A stretch of DNA of 60,716 nt, counting the filler. It is 4 parts of 4 records of this genome, joined end to end, with 100 filler letters (N's around TTAATTAATTAA, not from the genome) between each part and the next. Parts side by side here need not be neighbours in the genome. Positions count along the whole stretch, not along the records: positions 43,609 to 60,716 come from SRR2962707_4386; 3 more parts are not named here. One strand, written 5' to 3'. Made by a program: the position numbers and the translations under genes. This document shows positions 57,048 through 60,716 of this stretch, piece after piece (position 1 is the stretch's first letter; every line of letters begins with the position of its first letter). The notes under the pieces were generated by a model. The model made no database searches and was not told the DNA's origin. It saw nothing but the letters and a program-made list of their open reading frames with translations.

Positions 57048-58904
57048 TCAGGCCGGCGTAGTTTCCGTTGGAATCAGGTTGCGGCTCTTGGGTACGAATG
57101 TTAGCGCGACTTCCACGCCGCCTTCATCCCTGTTTCGCACATTTACCTTGCCGCCGAGTGTGCGGGCACGGTCCTGCATGATAATCAGGCCATAGTGGTT
57201 CACGGGTTGGTCGCCGCCGGGCAGGCCTTTACCATTGTCCTGTATGCTGGCCCGCACCTGCGGCGAATCGAACACCACTTTGACCGCTATGTCAGTGGCA
57301 TTGGCGTGTTTGACGGCATTGGCCAACCCCTCACGAACAATCTGCAGGGTGTGGATTTCCTCATTGGGCGACAGCGTCTGGGGCGGCAGGTTGTATTCAA
57401 ACGCTACCGGTTTACCGAGGCGCTCCGAGAATTCGTCAATGGTTTTGCGCAGGGCAGTCGCCAGATCCGGCGTATCCAGTTTCAGCCGGAAGGTGGCCAG
57501 CAGTTCCCGCAGCTGGCGGTAGGCGCTGTTCAGGCCAGTGCTCAGTTCATCCAGGATGTCGTCGTGGATGGGCTTCTGCTCGCCATCAATGTTCAGCCGG
57601 CGCAGACGGGTCACCTGCATTTTCAGGTACGAGAGCGATTGTGCCAGGGAATCGTGTAGCTCCCGGGCAATCACCGTGCGCTCTTCTGCCAGCGTCAGCT
57701 GTTGTTCTTCGGTGATCTGTTTTTCCAGGAAAATGGCAGTTGCCAACTGGTCGGTGAGGGTTTCCAGCAGGCGGCGCGAGGTCTCCGGTAATCCTTTTTC
57801 AGCCGGATACCAGACCTCCAGTGTGCCCAACAACTGCCCGGGAGTGCGGATGGGCAGCAACAGCCGCCGGCCATCATTGTTTTCCAGCGGCATCTCATCA
57901 TAGACCTCAGGGGTTACCAGACAGGCATTGCAATGGTGATCCCGGCAATAGAAGGGGCGTTTGGGTGTGGCGGTGGTAATGGCCTCCACCGGTTCTGCCG
58001 ATTCCTTGTCATGCAGGAACAGGCGGATAGGACCGATGCCCAGCAACTGCTCCAGATCCTGCAGCATCGGGATGGCGCCACTGCACAGATCATGATTGGC
58101 GAACAGCCCTCGGCTGGCGGAGTGCATTACCTGCAGAGCCGCATGGCTGATTTCAAGTTCCTCGGTTTTCTGCCTGGCGCGGCTTTCAAGCTCGTAGTAG
58201 GTCAGCGCCAGTTCGCTGGTCATCTGGTCAAAGGCCTGGCCCAGTTGTGCCAGCTCATCGGAACCTTTGAGGTCGGCTTTGTGGCTGAAATCCTGTTCGC
58301 CCACGGCGGTGGCAATGCTCACCAGTTTTCGCAGGGGCCTGAGAATCCGGTTTTTGAGGTCCAGAAACAGGGCGAGCACAATCAATACCGAGAACACCAT
58401 GCTGATGATCTGGATAAGGTGCAGCAGGTCGATCCTGGCCTCGGTGCGTTGTTCCAGCATGGAGACCAATCGATCCACTTCTATCGTGTAATTCTCCACG
58501 GCCATGATCATATCGGTGGACAGGGGGGCGCCAGTCTGGTGGCTCTCCAGTGACGGCCTGAGCTGATTGGCCCAGCCATATTCCACGGTCTTATATTGTT
58601 CGACGAGGGGGTGATCATCGGTGCGGGGAATGGAACGGATGATGGCGGGATCCCTGAGCCTGTCCTCGTACTCCTCAATGCGTTGATCAAGGGTGTCAGT
58701 GTTTTCCACGGGATCTTCAGAGGCCGATCTTGCCGCCAGTTGAAAGGCTCCCATGCGCAGCGAGCCGGCAAGATTGATAGCAGTAGCATTGCCCTCAATG
58801 CTGTTGGATACAGCCAGAGTGGTGGCCATGCTGACAATGGCCGTCAGCACGATGGCGCCTATTACAACAGCCAGTCGGTTTACTAGCGGGCTTCTGGAGG
58901 TCAT
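57048..58904 (-). CDS. narX: Nitrate/nitrite sensor kinase NarX
   Basis: P-box [14 protein letters not shown] domain, Cys cluster [35 protein letters not shown]. Confidence 0.92.
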   Translation of the reverse strand: MTSRSPLVNRLAVVIGAIVLTAIVSMATTLAVSNSIEGNATAINLAGSLRMGAFQLAARSASEDPVENTDTLDQRIEEYEDRLRDPAIIRSIPRTDDHPLVEQYKTVEYGWANQLRPSLESHQTGAPLSTDMIMAVENYTIEVDRLVSMLEQRTEARIDLLHLIQIISMVFSVLIVLALFLDLKNRILRPLRKLVSIATAVGEQDFSHKADLKGSDELAQLGQAFDQMTSELALTYYELESRARQKTEELEISHAALQVMHSASRGLFANHDLCSGAIPMLQDLEQLLGIGPIRLFLHDKESAEPVEAITTATPKRPFYCRDHHCNACLVTPEVYDEMPLENNDGRRLLLPIRTPGQLLGTLEVWYPAEKGLPETSRRLLETLTDQLATAIFLEKQITEEQQLTLAEERTVIARELHDSLAQSLSYLKMQVTRLRRLNIDGEQKPIHDDILDELSTGLNSAYRQLRELLATFRLKLDTPDLATALRKTIDEFSERLGKPVAFEYNLPPQTLSPNEEIHTLQIVREGLANAVKHANATDIAVKVVFDSPQVRASIQDNGKGLPGGDQPVNHYGLIIMQDRARTLGGKVNVRNRDEGGVEVALTFVPKSRNLIPTETTPA

Positions 58905-58980
58905 GGATAGCTTCAGGACTCAAGGAACGTGGATAGTAGTGACGGGCAGCTAAATTATCGTGGAAAACGCGCCGTCGTGA

Positions 58981-58996
58981 TACCTCCTTGAGGATA
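58981..58996. promoter_or_regulatory. NarL-type 7-2-7 site
   Basis: TACCTCC-TT-GAGGATA in the narX/MFS divergent region. Confidence 0.5.
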
Positions 58997-59068
58997 GTCA
59001 ATTACCCCAATGGTTTATAACCCATCATAGCCTTTGACCCTTGCTCAGGCAAAAGTTGAGACTAAAGA

Positions 59069-60349
59069 ATGGGATTCAGGGAGCGTGTAATGCAATCGGA
59101 ACGGGATGAAGAGAGGTTGGCATCTCTGGCAGTAGTGTTGCCGTTGGCGCTGACTGGCTTTGTGGTGGCTGCCGGTTGCTGGACCCTGTTTGCGGTTGCC
59201 GGTGTGCATCTCCGAGCCGATCTGGGGCTGAGTAGTTTACAGTTTGGCGTTCTGCTGGCCATGCCCATGGCGGTCAGCGCTATCCTGGTGATTCCGGCCG
59301 GGCTTGCGGCGCAGCGATATGGTGCCCGTGAAGTCATGCTTTTGTGTCTGTGCGGTCTTGCTGTGTGCATGGGGATACTGCTGCTGACGAACACCTACAT
59401 TGGCTACCTTATTGCCGCCGCCGGGCTGGGGCTGGCGGGCGGCTTCTACGGCGCCGGCCTGCAGTTCGTGGTCAGTCATTGCCAGCCCAGGCGGCTGGGT
59501 CTCGTACTTGGCGTTTTTGGCTCCGGGGTAACCGGAGCAGGTTTCAACTATTATCTGGTGCCGCTGTTCCATGAGGCGTTCTCCTGGCAGGGTGTACCTC
59601 TGGCCTACCTTATTACCCTGCTTCTGGTGATTGCGCTATTGATTATGCTGACCGACGCCACGGGTGAGGAAGACGAAAGCCGTGAACGATCAGCCAGGGA
59701 AATTCTCGGGGTGATCCGGCAGGGTCGGAATCTACCCCTGTGTTTGTATTTCGGTGTGGTTGCCGGCAGTTTCTTTGCGCTGGCGTTGTGGCTTCCGGAT
59801 TTCCTCTCAGGCCAGTATGGTCTTACGCTGGATTCCGGGGCCCGCCTGGCGCAATGGTTTGTCATTCCCGGTGCGGTGGCTCAGGTGGCCGGTGGAGGCT
59901 TGTCAGATCATTTTGGTTCCGCCCGGGTTGCGACGCGGGCACTGGCGGGTTGTCTGATGGCACTCGTGGTGTTGTCCTATCCCCCCATGACTTTGTTCAT
60001 TACCGGCGTGGAAGAGGAGCTGGTTGTGGAGTTTGCTCTGCCAGTTGTGCTTGAAAGCACGTTGGTCGTGATTCTGGGGGTGGCCATGGGTACCGCCATG
60101 GGATCCCTTCAGCGTATGGTGATTCTGGCCAACCGACAGGAAGCGTCCCTGTTTGCCGGTGTATTGCTGGTCAGCGCCTGTGCCGTTGCGTTTGTCCTGC
60201 CAGTTGCGTTTGGTGGCTTGAACCTTTGGCTGGGCGTGCGTACGGCGGTATTCATGATTCTCTTCCTGTTGCTGAGTGTCAGCCTGCTGCTTTTCTCCCG
60301 ACATGCCCGCAGAGAGGAGCGAAAGATGCTTCTCCAACCCGGGTTATAG
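59069..60349 (+). CDS. NarK-like MFS transporter (degenerate nitrate signature)
   Basis: About 12 TM segments, NarK-like layout (GLSSLQFG, LGLAGG, FALALWLP, GGGLSDHFG, SYP), located between narX and narG. Start 59069 or 59090. Confidence 0.75.
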   Translation: MGFRERVMQSERDEERLASLAVVLPLALTGFVVAAGCWTLFAVAGVHLRADLGLSSLQFGVLLAMPMAVSAILVIPAGLAAQRYGAREVMLLCLCGLAVCMGILLLTNTYIGYLIAAAGLGLAGGFYGAGLQFVVSHCQPRRLGLVLGVFGSGVTGAGFNYYLVPLFHEAFSWQGVPLAYLITLLLVIALLIMLTDATGEEDESRERSAREILGVIRQGRNLPLCLYFGVVAGSFFALALWLPDFLSGQYGLTLDSGARLAQWFVIPGAVAQVAGGGLSDHFGSARVATRALAGCLMALVVLSYPPMTLFITGVEEELVVEFALPVVLESTLVVILGVAMGTAMGSLQRMVILANRQEASLFAGVLLVSACAVAFVLPVAFGGLNLWLGVRTAVFMILFLLLSVSLLLFSRHARREERKMLLQPGL

Positions 60350-60355
60350 GTCGCC

Positions 60356-60426
60356 TACCCACAGGGTGGTACACCCGGGTTATGTGGTAGTAACCACGCA
60401 GATTTCAGGGGTTTGATCCCACACAA
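60356..60426 (+). promoter_or_regulatory. narG promoter elements: NarL-like 7-2-7 site and weak FNR box
   Basis: TACCCAC-AG-GGTGGTA (60356-60371) and TTGAT-CCCA-CACAA (60413-60426). Confidence 0.5.
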
Positions 60427-60479
60427 TGGTCTCCATTCGGAACAACGATCCGGCAAACGGGTTGATGGAGAGAGAGACC

Positions 60480-60716
60480 ATGAGTCATTTGATCGACAAG
60501 TTGAACTACTTCAGGAAGAACCGCGAATCGTTCTCCAACGGTCACGGTGAAACCCACGAAGTGAACCGTGACTGGGAGAACAGCTACCGCCAGCGCTGGC
60601 AGCATGACAAGATCGTGCGCTCCACCCATGGCGTGAACTGCACCGGCTCCTGCAGCTGGAAAATCTACGTCAAGAACGGGCTGGTCACCTGGGAAACCCA
60701 GCAAACCGATTACCCC
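60480..60716 (+). CDS. narG: Respiratory nitrate reductase alpha subunit, 3'-truncated
   Basis: Manual translation gives [11 protein letters not shown]...[41 protein letters not shown], with the FS0 motif HGVNCTGSC. Not in the ORF track. Confidence 0.96.
   Translation, partial: MSHLIDKLNYFRKNRESFSNGHGETHEVNRDWENSYRQRWQHDKIVRSTHGVNCTGSCSWKIYVKNGLVTWETQQTDYP

Noticed and set aside
13281-60704. Many long antisense or alternate-frame ORFs (e.g. 15282-16265, 24174-25064, 48812-49663, 60405-60704)
   Set aside because: They are shadows of well-supported genes in GC-rich DNA and carry no recognisable motifs.
1-60716. CRISPR arrays, tRNA/rRNA genes, transposases or integrases
   Set aside because: No regularly spaced direct repeats, structural RNA genes or recombinase/transposase motifs were seen by eye.

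Overview
The window is not one continuous locus. It holds four unrelated contigs joined by 100-nt N spacers, each carrying the artificial linker TTAATTAATTAA (12986-13085, 22051-22150, 43509-43608). Contig 1 (1-12985, AT-rich, Pseudoalteromonas-like): asnB, a PhzF-family gene, ergothioneine genes egtB-egtD, a BCCT transporter, a DUF294/CBS nucleotidyltransferase plus DEDDh exonuclease pair, and an RND/MFP pump. Contig 2 (13086-22050, GC-rich, Rhodobacteraceae-like): a polyamine ABC transporter, an amidohydrolase, dps, LysR and a BCCT. Contig 3 (22151-43508, alphaproteobacterial-like): a defence-island-like block, then an IclR-controlled quinate/shikimate-type catabolic operon. The block has a YeeABC-like MmeI-type methyltransferase/helicase/GIY-YIG operon and a two-gene cassette encoding a 1538-aa alpha/beta-hydrolase + TPR-like + PIN-like protein with a frameshifted partner. 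Contig 4 (43609-60716, Marinobacter-like anaerobiosis island): a cobalamin riboswitch, a frameshifted stand-alone NrdD glycyl-radical peptide, nrdG, HTHP, a TonB receptor/ABC/NnrS locus with Fur-like and FNR-like boxes, a hemerythrin-GGDEF-EAL gene, ubiT, narL-narX, an arginine-less NarK-like MFS, and the start of narG. The best candidates for undescribed systems are the hydrolase-TPR-PIN cassette, the TonB-ABC-NnrS-HTHP locus, and the riboswitch-controlled glycyl-radical peptide. Family and taxon calls come from motif recognition by eye; no searches were run.
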